A stretch of DNA of 64,000 nucleotides from Gammaproteobacteria bacterium (GCA_025458675.1 JALORY010000001.1:11565-75564), one strand, 5' to 3'. Numbered from the stretch's first letter, positions 1-13,228 are shown. The notes: generated from the letters alone by a model not told the origin. Made by a program: numbers and translations.

Positions 1-809
1 ACGAGCTGGGCGCGCGGCGCGGCGTCGGCACCCTTCTTCGCCAGGTCCTGCTGCGCCTTCTTGTCGCTCGCGCCGAGGAACGCGACGATCTTGCGCAGCA
101 TCTCGGCCTCGATCTCGGGGTCGTTGGCGCGGGGAACCCACACCTCCTGCTCCGAGGTGCCGGTCGGACCCTTCTTGATCTCCTGCTCCATCCCGAAGTG
201 GGTCAGGTAGAGCTCCGTCGTGCCCGGCCGCTCGCCGCGCTCGATGCGCACCCGGAACTGGTCCCGGGTCGACGCCGAATAGAGCCCGTCGAAGACGCCG
301 CGCACCGCGTCGGTGATGAAGTCGGACTTGATGTCCGCGCGGTTCTCGAGCCACGCGGTGCGCATCACGCCCGACCCGGGGTCCTGCTCCTGCATCAGAA
401 TGCCGTTCTGCTGCCAGAACTCCACCATCCTGAACCAGACGTCGCTGGGCGGCGCCTGGATCTCCAGCCAGCGCCGATTGCCGTCACGCCGGATCTCGAC
501 CTTGTCGATCGCCGGCAGCACGTCCGACGCACCGGTCGTGGCGCTGGAGCGCCCGCCCGACCGCTTGTTCCGCTGGTCCGCGTAGTCGGAGTAGGTCGCC
601 GAGCCGGTTGGCGTCGCCTCCGGCAGGCTGAGCTCGCTGCCGCCGACGCGCGTCAGGTCGGGCGGAATCTCGAGGTCGCGGCCGACGTCCCGCTCGCGCT
701 TGTAGTCGACGCGCTTGTCGCCGACGACGGTGTCGCTCTTGGTGGTGCAGCCCGCCGCCGCGAGCGCCACTGAGGTTGCGAGCAGGACGTGCAGGAATCG
801 TGCGTTCAT
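1..809 (-). CDS. bamC: Outer membrane protein assembly factor BamC (NlpB) lipoprotein; C-terminal end runs off the window
   Basis: My own minus-strand translation from the ATG at 809 gives MNARFLHVLLATSVALAAAGC (lipobox) TTKSDTVVGDKRVDYKRERDVGRDLEIPPDL... It is absent from the ORF track because it leaves the window. It lies directly downstream of dapA, as in E. coli. Confidence 0.8.
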   Translation of the reverse strand, partial: MNARFLHVLLATSVALAAAGCTTKSDTVVGDKRVDYKRERDVGRDLEIPPDLTRVGGSELSLPEATPTGSATYSDYADQRNKRSGGRSSATTGASDVLPAIDKVEIRRDGNRRWLEIQAPPSDVWFRMVEFWQQNGILMQEQDPGSGVMRTAWLENRADIKSDFITDAVRGVFDGLYSASTRDQFRVRIERGERPGTTELYLTHFGMEQEIKKGPTGTSEQEVWVPRANDPEIEAEMLRKIVAFLGASDKKAQQDLAKKGADAAPRAQL

Positions 810-836
810 CGCGCCTCTCGAAGAGCTTCGGGTTCG

Positions 837-1712
837 TTAGAGGATGCCGGCCTGCCGCATCGCGTCGCGGACTGCCGGCTGCGCGGCCTCGGAGAGCCAG
901 GTCAGCGGCAGCCGGATGCCCGCGCCGATCCGGCCCATGGCGTGCAGCGCCCACTTCACCGGGATCGGGTTCGACTCGACGAAGAGCGCCTTGTGCAACC
1001 CGGCGAGCGTCGCGTCGATCGCCTCGGCCTCGCCGCGCTGCCCCGCGAGTGCGGCGACGCACATGCGGTGCATGGCGCCCGGGGCCACGTTGGCCGTGAC
1101 CGAGATGACGCCCTGCCCGCCCCCCAGGACCAGCTCCCGGCCGGTGGCGTCGTCCCCGCTGTAGATCGCGAACCCGGGCCCGGCGAGCGCGCGGATCCGG
1201 GGCAGCCGGGCGAGATCGCCGGTCGCCTCCTTGATCCCGACGATGTTCGGCACGGTGGCGAGCCGGCCCGCGGTCTCCGGCTGCATGTCGCAGCCGGTGC
1301 GGCCCGGCACGTTGTAGAGGATCTGCGGGATGTCGACCGCCTCTGCGACCGCCTTGTGGTGGCGGTACAGACCCTCCTGCGTCGGCTTGTTGTAGTACGG
1401 CGTCACGAGCAGGCAGGCGTCGGCGCCGGCCTCCCTGGCGCACTGCGTGAGCTCGATCGCCTCGGTGGTCGAGTTAGCCCCGGTCCCGGCGATCACGGGC
1501 ACGCGTCCGGCCGCCCGTTCCACGACGAGACGGATCACCCGGCAGTGCTCTTCCTCGTCCAGGGTGGCCGACTCGCCGGTCGTTCCGACGGCGACGATCG
1601 CGTCGGTCCCCTCGGCGACGTGCCAATCCACCAGGCGGCCGAGGGCATCGACGTCCAGGCTACCGTCCTCGGCCATCGGCGTGACCAGCGCGACCATGCT
1701 GCCCTGCAACAT
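837..1712 (-). CDS. dapA: 4-hydroxy-tetrahydrodipicolinate synthase
   Basis: C-terminal 291 aa of ORF 837..2075: [13 protein letters not shown]...[12 protein letters not shown]...VTPYYNKP...[10 protein letters not shown]. Start trimmed to the ATG at 1712; the upstream part of the ORF is Arg/Ser-rich junk. Confidence 0.95.
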   Translation of the reverse strand: MLQGSMVALVTPMAEDGSLDVDALGRLVDWHVAEGTDAIVAVGTTGESATLDEEEHCRVIRLVVERAAGRVPVIAGTGANSTTEAIELTQCAREAGADACLLVTPYYNKPTQEGLYRHHKAVAEAVDIPQILYNVPGRTGCDMQPETAGRLATVPNIVGIKEATGDLARLPRIRALAGPGFAIYSGDDATGRELVLGGGQGVISVTANVAPGAMHRMCVAALAGQRGEAEAIDATLAGLHKALFVESNPIPVKWALHAMGRIGAGIRLPLTWLSEAAQPAVRDAMRQAGIL

Positions 1713-1881
1713 CCCCACCCCCCGTGCGAGCGTAGCCGGGCATTCTATCGACCACCCTGCGCAGCGCCAAGGCGACGCGCAGGCGCCGCCGGGCCGGCCT
1801 GATGGCGCCATCAAAACGGCTGCCTTGCCGGCCGGCAGCCCTTTGGGTACACAGGAAGGCCCCTGCCCGGCCCGCGCCGCC

Positions 1882-2967
1882 ATGACCGACACCCCCGACT
1901 TCGTCCGCGAGATCCGCATCAACCCCATCGACCCGACCGAGTCCGTGCTCGTGTCGACCGCCCGCGGCATGCGGCCGCGCAAGGCCGAGGAGCGGGCGCC
2001 CCGCGACGAGCGCGAGCGCGTCGAGACCTGCCCCTTCTGCCGGGGCAACGAGGACAAGACGCCGCCGACGATCAAGGCCTACCCGGACGCCCGCGACTGG
2101 GACATCCGCATCGTGGAGAACCTGTTCCCCGTCCTCGGGGACGACCGCCCGCAGGGGTCCCTCGCCTTCGGGCTGCAGCAGGTGATCGACGGCTACGGGC
2201 GGCACGAGGTGGTGATCGACCACCCGAGCCACGGCATCTCGCTCCACCAGATGAGCCGCGAGCACCTCGCCAACCTGTTCCAGACCTACCAGGAGCGGAT
2301 GGCCGAGATGTACGCGGCGGACCCCCGTCTCAAGTACGTGCTGGTGTTCAAGAACTTCGGGCCGGCGGCGGGGGCGAGCATCCCCCACACGCACAGCCAG
2401 ATCATCGCGACCCCGGTGGTGCCCGAGAACGTCCAGAACGAGGTCTTCCACAGCCGCAACTACCACCGCAAGTTCAACCAGTGCGTCTTCTGCTCGCTGA
2501 TCGACGAGGCCCTGACCTACGAGGCGACGATCTACGACCGGCATTCGGGCGCGGTGCGGCGGCGCGTCAACGTCGGGCAGTACGTCGTGGAGCGGGGCGA
2601 GCGCTTCATCGCCATCAAGCCGTTCGCCAGCCGCTACGAGTGGGAGGTGCACGTGCTGCCCCTGCAGCACGCGGCCGACTTCCTGCGGGCGACCCGGGAG
2701 GACCTGGCCGACTTCGCGCGCGTGCTCCGCCGCACGATGGCCCGGCTCGACCAGGTGATCGGCGGCGCGCAGTACAACTTCTTCCTGCACTCCCTGCCGC
2801 ACGGCGAGGAGCACAAGGACTGCGGACCGTCGTACCACTGGCACCTCGAGATCTGCCCGCGCACCAGCATCCCGACCGGGTTCGAGCTCGGGTCCGGCCT
2901 GTTCGTCAGCACCATCAGCCCGGAGCGGGCGGCCGAACAGCTGCGGGCCGTCGCCCTCGAAGACTGA
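1882..2967 (+). CDS. GalT-family (HIT superfamily) nucleotidyltransferase/phosphorylase-like protein
   Basis: Within ORF 1447..2967, starting at MTDTPDF. It has a CPFCRGNE zinc-knuckle-like motif and an HTHSQ (HxHxQ) active-site motif typical of galactose-1-phosphate uridylyltransferase-type enzymes. Confidence 0.7.
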   Translation: MTDTPDFVREIRINPIDPTESVLVSTARGMRPRKAEERAPRDERERVETCPFCRGNEDKTPPTIKAYPDARDWDIRIVENLFPVLGDDRPQGSLAFGLQQVIDGYGRHEVVIDHPSHGISLHQMSREHLANLFQTYQERMAEMYAADPRLKYVLVFKNFGPAAGASIPHTHSQIIATPVVPENVQNEVFHSRNYHRKFNQCVFCSLIDEALTYEATIYDRHSGAVRRRVNVGQYVVERGERFIAIKPFASRYEWEVHVLPLQHAADFLRATREDLADFARVLRRTMARLDQVIGGAQYNFFLHSLPHGEEHKDCGPSYHWHLEICPRTSIPTGFELGSGLFVSTISPERAAEQLRAVALED

Positions 2968-3046
2968 GCCAGGGGAGACAAGGCCTGCGGGCGGCCGCTA
3001 CACTCGCGGGCCTGGAAAGGCGACCCGAGACGCTTGGCGCTCCGTC

Positions 3047-3586
3047 ATGCACCCGAAGAAGACCTACCTCGTGATGTCCGCCCTGGGCAAGGACCGCCCC
3101 GGGATCGTCGATCAGCTGTCGAAGACCATCTTCGAGCTCGGCTGCAACATCGCCGACAGCCGGATGACGGTGCTCGGCGGCGAGTTCGCGATCCTGCTGA
3201 TGGTCGACGGGCAGTGGAACCAGCTTGCCAAGCTCGAGGACGCGATCCCCGAGCTCGAGCGCCGGCTGTCGCTCACCGTCATCACCCGCCGCACCGAGGA
3301 GCGCAAGCCGACCGGCGCGCAGCTGCCCTACGCCGTCGACGTCGTCGCGCTCGACCACCCCGGCATCGTCTACAACCTCGCGAGCTTCTTCTCCGAGCGC
3401 GGCATCAACATCGAGGACATGACGACCACCGGCTACGCCGCTGCTCACACCGGCGCGCCCATGTTCGCGGTCCACATGAGCGTCGGCATTCCCGCCGAGC
3501 TGCACATCGCGGCGCTGCGCGACGAGTTCATGGATTTCTGCGACTCCATGAACCTCGACGCGGTACTCGAGCCGATCAAGGGCTGA
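3047..3586 (+). CDS. gcvR: Glycine cleavage system transcriptional repressor (tandem ACT domains)
   Basis: ORF 3047..3586. ALGKDRPGIVDQLSKTIFELGCNIADSRMTVLGGEF resembles E. coli GcvR. The position between dapA and bcp matches the E. coli arrangement. Confidence 0.8.
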   Translation: MHPKKTYLVMSALGKDRPGIVDQLSKTIFELGCNIADSRMTVLGGEFAILLMVDGQWNQLAKLEDAIPELERRLSLTVITRRTEERKPTGAQLPYAVDVVALDHPGIVYNLASFFSERGINIEDMTTTGYAAAHTGAPMFAVHMSVGIPAELHIAALRDEFMDFCDSMNLDAVLEPIKG

Positions 3587-3594
3587 GCGCGCCG

Positions 3595-4071
3595 ATGGCC
3601 GAGCCCACGATCGGCAGTCAGGTACCCGACGTGGAGCTCGTGCTCACCGGCGGCGCGCGCCGCCGGCTGCGCGACTACCGCGGTCAGGTGCTGGTCCTCT
3701 ACTTCTATCCCAAGGCGAGCACCCCCGGCTGCACGCAGGAGGGCCTCGACTTCGGCGCGAGCGCCGACGCCTTCGCGCGCCACGGCGCCGCGATCCTCGG
3801 CGCGTCGCGCGACTCGCTGAAGGCGCAGGAGTCGTTCAAGGCGAAGCAGGGTTTCCCCTTCGAGCTCGTCGCCGACGCCGACGAGGCCCTCTGCCAGGCC
3901 TTCGGCGTCATCAAACAGAAGCAGATGTATGGCAAACAGGTGCGCGGCATCGAGCGCAGCACCTTTCTGATCGACGCCGAGGGGACGCTGCGGCGCGAGT
4001 GGCGCGGCGTCAAGGTCAAGGGGCACGTCGCCGAGGTGCTCGAGGCGGTCGCCGCCCACGTCGAGGGATGA
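3595..4071 (+). CDS. bcp: Thiol peroxidase / peroxiredoxin Bcp
   Basis: MAEPTIGSQVPDVEL...LYFYPKASTPGCTQEG (peroxidatic Cys motif), found inside ORF 3034..4071. ATG at 3595. Confidence 0.9.
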   Translation: MAEPTIGSQVPDVELVLTGGARRRLRDYRGQVLVLYFYPKASTPGCTQEGLDFGASADAFARHGAAILGASRDSLKAQESFKAKQGFPFELVADADEALCQAFGVIKQKQMYGKQVRGIERSTFLIDAEGTLRREWRGVKVKGHVAEVLEAVAAHVEG

Positions 4072-4090
4072 CCCCGGAAAACCGCCCTGC

Positions 4091-5503
4091 ATGATCCGCC
4101 GCCGCAAGTCCGAGGCGCGACGCACGTTCGTGCTCGACACGAACGTGCTGATGCACGACCCCTCCGCGATCTTCCGCTTCAAGGAGCACGACGTGTTCCT
4201 GCCGATGATCGTGCTCGAGGAGCTCGACAAGGGAAAGAAGGGCCTGTCCGAGGTGGCGCGCAACGTGCGCCAGGTCAGTCGATTCCTCGACGAGCTGATG
4301 GCCGGCGCGACCAAGGAGGAGATCGACCGCGGCCTGCCGCTGCCGGCGATGACCGGCTTCTACGACGGGGCGCAGGGCCGTGGCCGGCTGTACTTCCAGA
4401 CCCGCCTGCTGGCCGACGCCCTGCCCGACTCGCTGCCCGGCAACACGGCCGACAACGCCATCCTCGCCAACGCGCTCGCGCTCCAGCAGACGCTGCCGCC
4501 CGACACCGTGACGCTGGTGTCGAAGGACATCAACCTGCGGATCAAGGCCGCGGTCATCGGCATTCATGCCGAAGACTACTCGAGCGACCAGGTCCTCGAC
4601 GACGTCAACCTGCTCTACAGCGGCCAGACCGCGCTGCCGGCAGATTTCTGGGAGCAGCACAGCAAGCGCCTCGACTCGTGGCAGGAGGAAGGACGCACCT
4701 TCTACCGCGTCAGCGGGCCGGACGCCGCGTCGTGGTACCCGAGCCAGTGTCTCTGCCTGGACGGCGACGGCGGCTTCGAGGCCCTCGTCCGCCGCCGGGA
4801 GGGCGACGACGCGATCATCGAGCTGGTGCAGGACTTCCGTACCGCCAAGCACGCGGTATGGGGCATCACCGCCCGCAACCGGGAGCAGAACTTCGCGCTG
4901 AACCTGCTGACCGACCCGGGCATCGACTTCGTGACGCTGCTCGGCACGGCCGGCACCGGCAAGACGCTGCTCGCGCTCGCGGCCGCGCTCGCCCAGGTCC
5001 TCGATCGGGGGCTCTACCGCGAGATCATCATGACGCGGGTCACGGTCCCGGTCGGCGAGGACATCGGCTTCCTGCCCGGCACCGAAGAGGAGAAGATGAC
5101 CCCCTGGATGGGCGCCCTGATGGACAACCTCGAGGTGCTGACCCAGACCGAGGGCGGCGAGTGGGGCCGCGCCGCGACGGCGGAGCTGCTGCGCTCGCGC
5201 ATCCGCATCCAGTCGCTGAACTACATGCGCGGTCGGACCTTCCTGAGGAAGTTCATCATCCTGGACGAGGCGCAGAACCTCACGCCGAAGCAGATGAAGA
5301 CGCTGATCACGCGCGCCGGCCCGGGCACCAAGATGGTCTGCCTCGGCAACATCGCGCAGATCGACACGCCCTATCTCACCGAGACCACGTCCGGCCTGAC
5401 CTACGTCGTCGACCGGTTCAAGCCCTGGGCGCACGGCGGGCACATCACGCTGCTGCGCGGCGAACGCTCGCGGCTCGCCGACTTCGCCTCGGAGCACCTC
5501 TGA
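4091..5503 (+). CDS. PIN-domain PhoH-like ATPase (YlaK type)
   Basis: ORF 4091..5503. N-terminal PIN domain (FVLDTNVLMHD...VLEELD). C-terminal PhoH P-loop (LLGTAGTGKTLLALA ... IILDEAQNLTP). Confidence 0.88.
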   Translation: MIRRRKSEARRTFVLDTNVLMHDPSAIFRFKEHDVFLPMIVLEELDKGKKGLSEVARNVRQVSRFLDELMAGATKEEIDRGLPLPAMTGFYDGAQGRGRLYFQTRLLADALPDSLPGNTADNAILANALALQQTLPPDTVTLVSKDINLRIKAAVIGIHAEDYSSDQVLDDVNLLYSGQTALPADFWEQHSKRLDSWQEEGRTFYRVSGPDAASWYPSQCLCLDGDGGFEALVRRREGDDAIIELVQDFRTAKHAVWGITARNREQNFALNLLTDPGIDFVTLLGTAGTGKTLLALAAALAQVLDRGLYREIIMTRVTVPVGEDIGFLPGTEEEKMTPWMGALMDNLEVLTQTEGGEWGRAATAELLRSRIRIQSLNYMRGRTFLRKFIILDEAQNLTPKQMKTLITRAGPGTKMVCLGNIAQIDTPYLTETTSGLTYVVDRFKPWAHGGHITLLRGERSRLADFASEHL

Positions 5504-5513
5504 GAGCGGCGTC

Positions 5514-8261
<2,748 letters not shown>

Positions 8262-8383
8262 CGGCGGGCTGCGCGTCCTGGTTCCCCGGTCAATGGGTTG
8301 CCCATATGATAGCGGCGCCACCGCAGGGTTAATGAGGCCCGGTGGAGCAGCAGCCAGAGCAGCGGCAGAGGAAAGCCCAGACG

Positions 8384-10780
8384 ATGCCCGATTCGCCGAA
8401 TCCAGCCAGCACGCGGGACAGCTTCGTCCGCCAGCTCTCCGACCGCATCTTCGCCCTCCAGGAGAATTGGAAGGTCCTGGCCCAAGGGAAGTGGGAGCAC
8501 AGCGGCCTCGCAAGCCTCTACGACCGGCTGCGCGAGCTCTCCGAGCTCTGCCGCCGCTACGACGTGCCGCAGGTCAGCGAGAGCCTCGCGTCGCTCGAGG
8601 CCTACTTCAGCTCCTTCGTCGGCAGCCACGACCGCCCCTCCCTCGGCCAGATCGTCGAAATCGACGGCCTGCTGCGCGCCCTGCGCGCGGCGGCGGGCGC
8701 GGCCCGCGCCGGGCTGCCGGCGGAGGCGGCCGACTCCATCACGGTGTACCTGCTCGCCAAGGACGCCACCTCGCTCGGCGGCATCGCAGGCGCCCTGCGC
8801 GACATCGGCTGCGAGACGATGACGTTCAACAACACGCCGGACCTGGTCCGGGCGGTCAGCGACTCCAGCCCGCAGGCGATCGTGGCGGACACGTCGCTGC
8901 TGCCGACCATGCCGCCGCTGTCGGCCGAGCTGATCCGGCTCGCCACCCACCACGAGATCCGCATCCCGCTCGTCTTCCTGAGCAGCTCGAACGCGCTCGC
9001 GCTGCGCGTGGAGGCCATGCGCGCGGGGGGCACCGCCTACTTCGTGCGGCCCTTCGACGAGCGCGCGGTGGCGGCGCAGATCCGCGAGGTCGCGCGCCCG
9101 CGCCGCGAGGACCCCTTCCGCGTGCTGATCGTCGACGACGACCGCTACCAGGCCGACTTCGCGGCCACCATCCTGCGCAAGGCGGGCATGGAGACCAGCA
9201 TCGTCAACGAGCCGCTGCGCGTCATGGAGTCGCTGCACGAGTTCGACCCCGAGCTGATCCTCATGGACATCTACATGCCCGAGGTGGACGGCATCGAGCT
9301 CACGTCGGTCATTCGCGAGGACAACGACTTCGTCGCCGTGCCCATCGTCTTCCTCTCCGGCGAGCAGAACCCGGAGAAGCAGCTCAACGCCCTCAGCGTC
9401 GGCGGCGACGACTTCATCACCAAGCCGATCAACCCGCGGCACCTGGTGACCATCGTCACGAACCGCATCCGCCGCCTGCGCGCCACCCAGCGCGCCGAGA
9501 AGCCACAGCAGATCGTGGAGGCCGAGCGCCAGGGCCGGATGACCAAGGAGCGCCCCTTCCTCGACCGCGTCGCCAAGGCGCTCGAGGCCGAGGCGCCCGC
9601 GGACGAGGTGCAGGCGCTGCTCTGCGTCGAGGTCGACCAACCCGAGGCGCTGCGCGAGCAGGTCGGCATCGGCGGCATCGACGCCCTGGTCGCGCAGCTC
9701 GGCAACGTGGTGCTGGGCGAGCTGGGGGCTCAGGACATCGCCGCGAAGCTCGGCGACATCCGGCTCGGCGTGTTCGCGCGGCGGCCCTCCGCGGACGAGG
9801 TCGCCGCGCTCGCCGAGCAGATACGGGCGCGCGTCGCGGGACACGGCTTCGACGTCGAGGCCGGCGTGGGTCGCGTGACCGTCAGCATCGGCGTCTGCGT
9901 CGCCGATGGGTCGGTCGAGGATCCGAACGGCCTGGTCACCCGCGCCGGCGCCGCCTGCGCGGGCGCGCACGACGCCGGCGGGAACGCCGTCGTCCACTAC
10001 CGCCAGGACGACAAGACGGCGGCGCAGCGGCTGGCCGACGCCGAGCTCGTCAACCGCCTGCGCCAGGCGCTCGGCAGCGACGGCTTCGACGTCCAGTTCC
10101 AGCCGCTGCTCGACGTCGGCGGCGGCGCCAAGGACCACTACGAGCTCACGCTGCGCCTGCTCACCCCGCAGGGCGATCCGGTCGACCAGGACGCGCTGCG
10201 CGTGGTCGCGGGGCGCGCCGTCCTGCTCGACCGCCTCGACCGCCTCGCGGTGGAGAAGGGGCTGGGCGTGATCGGCGAGCGGCGCCGGCAGGGACACGAG
10301 ACGCACCTGTTCGTGAGCCAGTCGGCCCTCACGGCGACCGACCAGAACTTCGCGACCTGGCTGTCGGGTCGCCTGCGGGCGCGCCAGCTCGTCGGCACCG
10401 GGCTGGTGCTGCAGTTCCGTCTGCCCGAGCTCTCGGACCAGCTGAGCAGCGTGCGCACCGTGCTCGCGGCGCTCAAGGAGATGGGCGTGGCGATCGCCCT
10501 CAGCCGCTTCCCGGACAAGCCTGTCGCCTTGCGGGTGCTGCAGTTCCTGCAGGCCGACTACGTCCGCCTCGCCGACACCGTGGCCGCGGCCGACACGCCG
10601 GCGGTCAGCGCGATCGTGCGACAGGTGCACGAGGCGGGCGCCAAGGTCATCGTCGACGGCGTGGACGACCCCCGCGGCCTCGACAAGCACTGGTCGGCGG
10701 GCGTCGACCTGCTGCAGGGCAGCTTCATCCAGCGGCCGTCGGGCAGCATGGACTTCCGCTTCGAGCAGGCCGTGATGTAG
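8384..10780 (+). CDS. Response regulator with pseudo-REC, canonical REC, degenerate GGDEF-like and degenerate EAL domains
   Basis: ORF 8342..10780, where 8342 is GTG. An ATG at 8384 lies behind GAGGAAAG. Canonical REC: RVLIVDDD...LILMDIYMPEVDG...FITKP. EAL-like region: FQPLL..., with key residues substituted (see finding). Confidence 0.8.
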   Translation: MPDSPNPASTRDSFVRQLSDRIFALQENWKVLAQGKWEHSGLASLYDRLRELSELCRRYDVPQVSESLASLEAYFSSFVGSHDRPSLGQIVEIDGLLRALRAAAGAARAGLPAEAADSITVYLLAKDATSLGGIAGALRDIGCETMTFNNTPDLVRAVSDSSPQAIVADTSLLPTMPPLSAELIRLATHHEIRIPLVFLSSSNALALRVEAMRAGGTAYFVRPFDERAVAAQIREVARPRREDPFRVLIVDDDRYQADFAATILRKAGMETSIVNEPLRVMESLHEFDPELILMDIYMPEVDGIELTSVIREDNDFVAVPIVFLSGEQNPEKQLNALSVGGDDFITKPINPRHLVTIVTNRIRRLRATQRAEKPQQIVEAERQGRMTKERPFLDRVAKALEAEAPADEVQALLCVEVDQPEALREQVGIGGIDALVAQLGNVVLGELGAQDIAAKLGDIRLGVFARRPSADEVAALAEQIRARVAGHGFDVEAGVGRVTVSIGVCVADGSVEDPNGLVTRAGAACAGAHDAGGNAVVHYRQDDKTAAQRLADAELVNRLRQALGSDGFDVQFQPLLDVGGGAKDHYELTLRLLTPQGDPVDQDALRVVAGRAVLLDRLDRLAVEKGLGVIGERRRQGHETHLFVSQSALTATDQNFATWLSGRLRARQLVGTGLVLQFRLPELSDQLSSVRTVLAALKEMGVAIALSRFPDKPVALRVLQFLQADYVRLADTVAAADTPAVSAIVRQVHEAGAKVIVDGVDDPRGLDKHWSAGVDLLQGSFIQRPSGSMDFRFEQAVM

Positions 10781-10786
10781 GACGGC

Positions 10787-11464
10787 ATGCTGGACGGGAA
10801 CGAGACCACGGCGCTGCTCGGCCTGTTCCCGTTTCTCGCCGGGGCGGAGCCGCCGGCGCTCGCGCAGTTGCGCGCCCGGGGTCGGCGCGTGGCGCTCCCC
10901 CCCGACCACGGCGTCTGCGCCGAAGGCACCGCGTGCACGCACCTGCCGATGGTCCTGGCGGGAACGGCGCGCGTGTACAAGCTCGGCGAGAGCGGGCGCG
11001 AGATCACCCTGTACCGGATCGACGCCGGCCAGAGCTGCGTGCTGACGGCGTCCTGCATCCTGAGCGGACGGCGTTTTCCGGCCTTCGCGCGCAGCGAGAC
11101 GGCGGTCGAGGCCGTGCTGGTGCCCGCGCCGGCGCTGCTCGAGTGGTTCGGCACCGACTCGGCCTGGCGGACCTACCTCGTCGGCCTCGTCGCCGACCGG
11201 CTCGCCGACGTCATCAGCATCGTCGAGGAGGTCGCCTTCCGCCGGATGGACCACCGCGTCGGCGAGCACCTGCTGCGCGCCGGCGACGATGCCGGCACCG
11301 TGCGCCTCACGCACCAGCAGGTCGCGCACGACCTCGGCACGTCGCGCGAGGTGGTGACCCGGATTCTCAGCGACTTCGAGGCGAGGGGGCTGGTCGCGCT
11401 GGGCCGCGGGCGCATCGAGCTGCGCGACCGCGCCGGCCTGGCCGCGGTCGCCGGCGCAGCGTGA
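10787..11464 (+). CDS. Crp/Fnr family transcriptional regulator
   Basis: ORF 10787..11464. Has a cNMP-binding-like beta-barrel and a C-terminal HTH (THQQVAHDLGTSREVVTRILSDFEARGLV). Confidence 0.85.
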   Translation: MLDGNETTALLGLFPFLAGAEPPALAQLRARGRRVALPPDHGVCAEGTACTHLPMVLAGTARVYKLGESGREITLYRIDAGQSCVLTASCILSGRRFPAFARSETAVEAVLVPAPALLEWFGTDSAWRTYLVGLVADRLADVISIVEEVAFRRMDHRVGEHLLRAGDDAGTVRLTHQQVAHDLGTSREVVTRILSDFEARGLVALGRGRIELRDRAGLAAVAGAA

Positions 11465-11554
11465 CATAGTCACAGACGGCCAGGGACGCCGGCGCTAGAT
11501 TGGGGCCGTCGGGACGCGTTGTCCCGCCGTGTGCAACGTCTCCTGGAGGCAAAC

Positions 11555-11743
11555 ATGAAACAGAACGTCGGTGGAGCGGACCGTATCGTCCGGATCGTCC
11601 TCGGGCTCGGGCTCATCGGCTGGGGCGTCGCGACCCAGAACTGGTGGGGCGCGGTCGGCGCTGTGCCGCTGGCCACCGCGCTGATCGGCTGGTGCCCGGC
11701 CTACCTGCCCTTCGGGATCAGCACGAAGAAGCTCGTCGGCTGA
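11555..11743 (+). CDS. DUF2892 (YgaP-like) small membrane protein
   Basis: MKQNVGGADRIVRIVLGLGLIGWG...GWCPAYLPFGIST. ATG at 11555 is preceded by GGAGG. The track ORF starts earlier, at 11519. Confidence 0.75.
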   Translation: MKQNVGGADRIVRIVLGLGLIGWGVATQNWWGAVGAVPLATALIGWCPAYLPFGISTKKLVG

Positions 11744-11767
11744 CCCCGAAGCCGCTGCGGCGGCAGA

Positions 11768-12835
11768 TCAACCGGCCGGCGGCGCCCCCGCCGCCGGCCG
11801 CGGCCAGGCGCTCAGCACCGCACGCACGAGGGTGGCCAGCGGGATCGCGAAGAAGACGCCCCAGAAGCCCCAGATGCCGCCGAACACGAGGATCGCCACG
11901 ATGATGGCGACGGGGTGGATGTTGACCGCCTCGGAAAACAGCAGCGGCACCAGCACGTTGCCGTCGAGCACCTGGATCACCAGGTAGGCCACGGTCAGCC
12001 AGAGGAAATCCGGGCTCCACCCCCACTGGAACCAGGCGACCGCCACGACCGGGATGGTGACCACCACCGCCCCGATGTAGGGCACGATCACCGACAGGCC
12101 CACGAGCACCGACAGCAGCATGGCGTACTGCAGCCCGAAGGCCGTGAACGTGACCAGGCAGGCCGCCCAGATGATCACGATCTCCCAGAACTTGCCGCGG
12201 ACGTAGTTCGAGATCTGGCGGTCGACGTCGCCCCACACCTGCTTCGGAAAGGTCCGGTCCGGCGGCAGGAACTGCGAGAACCAGTCGATGATGAGGACCT
12301 TGTCCTTGAGGAAGAAGAACACGAGCAGCGGCATCAGGACGAGGTAGATCCCCGCGGTGATCAGGCCGACCACCGAGGCGACCGACATCGAGAGGATGCG
12401 CTGGCCGAGGTCGGCGATGCCCAGGCGCAGCGCGGTGAACACCTCCTGCACCTGGGCGGGCGACACCAGGTCCGGGTACTCCTCGGGCAGCTTCATGAGG
12501 ACCTGCTGGCCCTTCGTGACCATGCTCGGGAACTGGGCGACCAGGTCGCTTACCTGCCGCGAGACGAGCGGCAGGATGCCGAAGAAGAGCAGCACGACCC
12601 CCACCAGAAACACGAGGAACACGAGCAGCACCGCCGCGAGGCGGGGCCACCCCCGCCGCTCCAGAAAGCCGACCAGCCCTTCCAGCAGATAGGCGATGAC
12701 CACGCTCGCGAGCACGGGCGCGAGCATGTCGCCGAGATAGACGATGACGAGCAGGCCGATGCCGAGCAGCACGGTCAGCAGCACGACCTGCGGGTCGGAG
12801 AGGTTGCGCCGGAACCAGTCGGCGATGGGTAACAC
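11768..12835 (-). CDS. perM: AI-2E family transporter (PerM/YhhT-like permease)
   Basis: ORF 11768..12835. Polytopic membrane protein with motifs typical of the family (FFFLKD...; VPYIGAVV...; NVLVPLL). Confidence 0.85.
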   Translation of the reverse strand: MLPIADWFRRNLSDPQVVLLTVLLGIGLLVIVYLGDMLAPVLASVVIAYLLEGLVGFLERRGWPRLAAVLLVFLVFLVGVVLLFFGILPLVSRQVSDLVAQFPSMVTKGQQVLMKLPEEYPDLVSPAQVQEVFTALRLGIADLGQRILSMSVASVVGLITAGIYLVLMPLLVFFFLKDKVLIIDWFSQFLPPDRTFPKQVWGDVDRQISNYVRGKFWEIVIIWAACLVTFTAFGLQYAMLLSVLVGLSVIVPYIGAVVVTIPVVAVAWFQWGWSPDFLWLTVAYLVIQVLDGNVLVPLLFSEAVNIHPVAIIVAILVFGGIWGFWGVFFAIPLATLVRAVLSAWPRPAAGAPPAG

Positions 12836-12850
12836 GGTGAACCCGCTCCG

Positions 12851-13225
12851 TCAGCCGCGCGTGGCGCGGTGGCGCTCGTACTGGCGCAGGAAGAGCGCCT
12901 CGAGCTCGTCGATCACCTCGGCCGCCGCGCGCCCCTGCAGGATGTGCGCGCTCATGAGACCCGAGGTCTCGTGCAGCACGGCGCCCTTGTCGAGCATGTG
13001 GTAGGTCTGCGACAGGCGCCGTATGGCGGCGATCACGGACTCCTCCAGCGGCCGCGGGATCGCCAGTGGCTCGACCGCCGGGCCCACCTCCTCCGCGCCG
13101 CTGCCGCGCGCGGCGAGGAACTCGGCGAACGCGGTCAGCGCCCCGCGATCCGCCTCCGACAGCCGCGCGTAGAGCTGCAGCAGGTGCCGCTGCGCGGGCG
13201 GCAGGCTCGGCTTCGGCGGCAGCAT
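12851..13225 (-). CDS. Hypothetical protein (124 aa)
   Basis: ORF 12851..13225. It sits tightly between the LysR gene (3-nt gap) and perM (15-nt gap), and its composition is coding-like. I recognised no family. Confidence 0.55.
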   Translation of the reverse strand: MLPPKPSLPPAQRHLLQLYARLSEADRGALTAFAEFLAARGSGAEEVGPAVEPLAIPRPLEESVIAAIRRLSQTYHMLDKGAVLHETSGLMSAHILQGRAAAEVIDELEALFLRQYERHRATRG

Positions 13226-13228
13226 GCG

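Noticed and set aside
4091-5503. PIN-PhoH protein considered as a toxin-antitoxin or defence element.
   Set aside because: It is a single fused gene of the widely conserved YlaK type with no antitoxin-sized partner. The flanking genes are housekeeping (bcp, kinase), and no mobile-element signatures are present.
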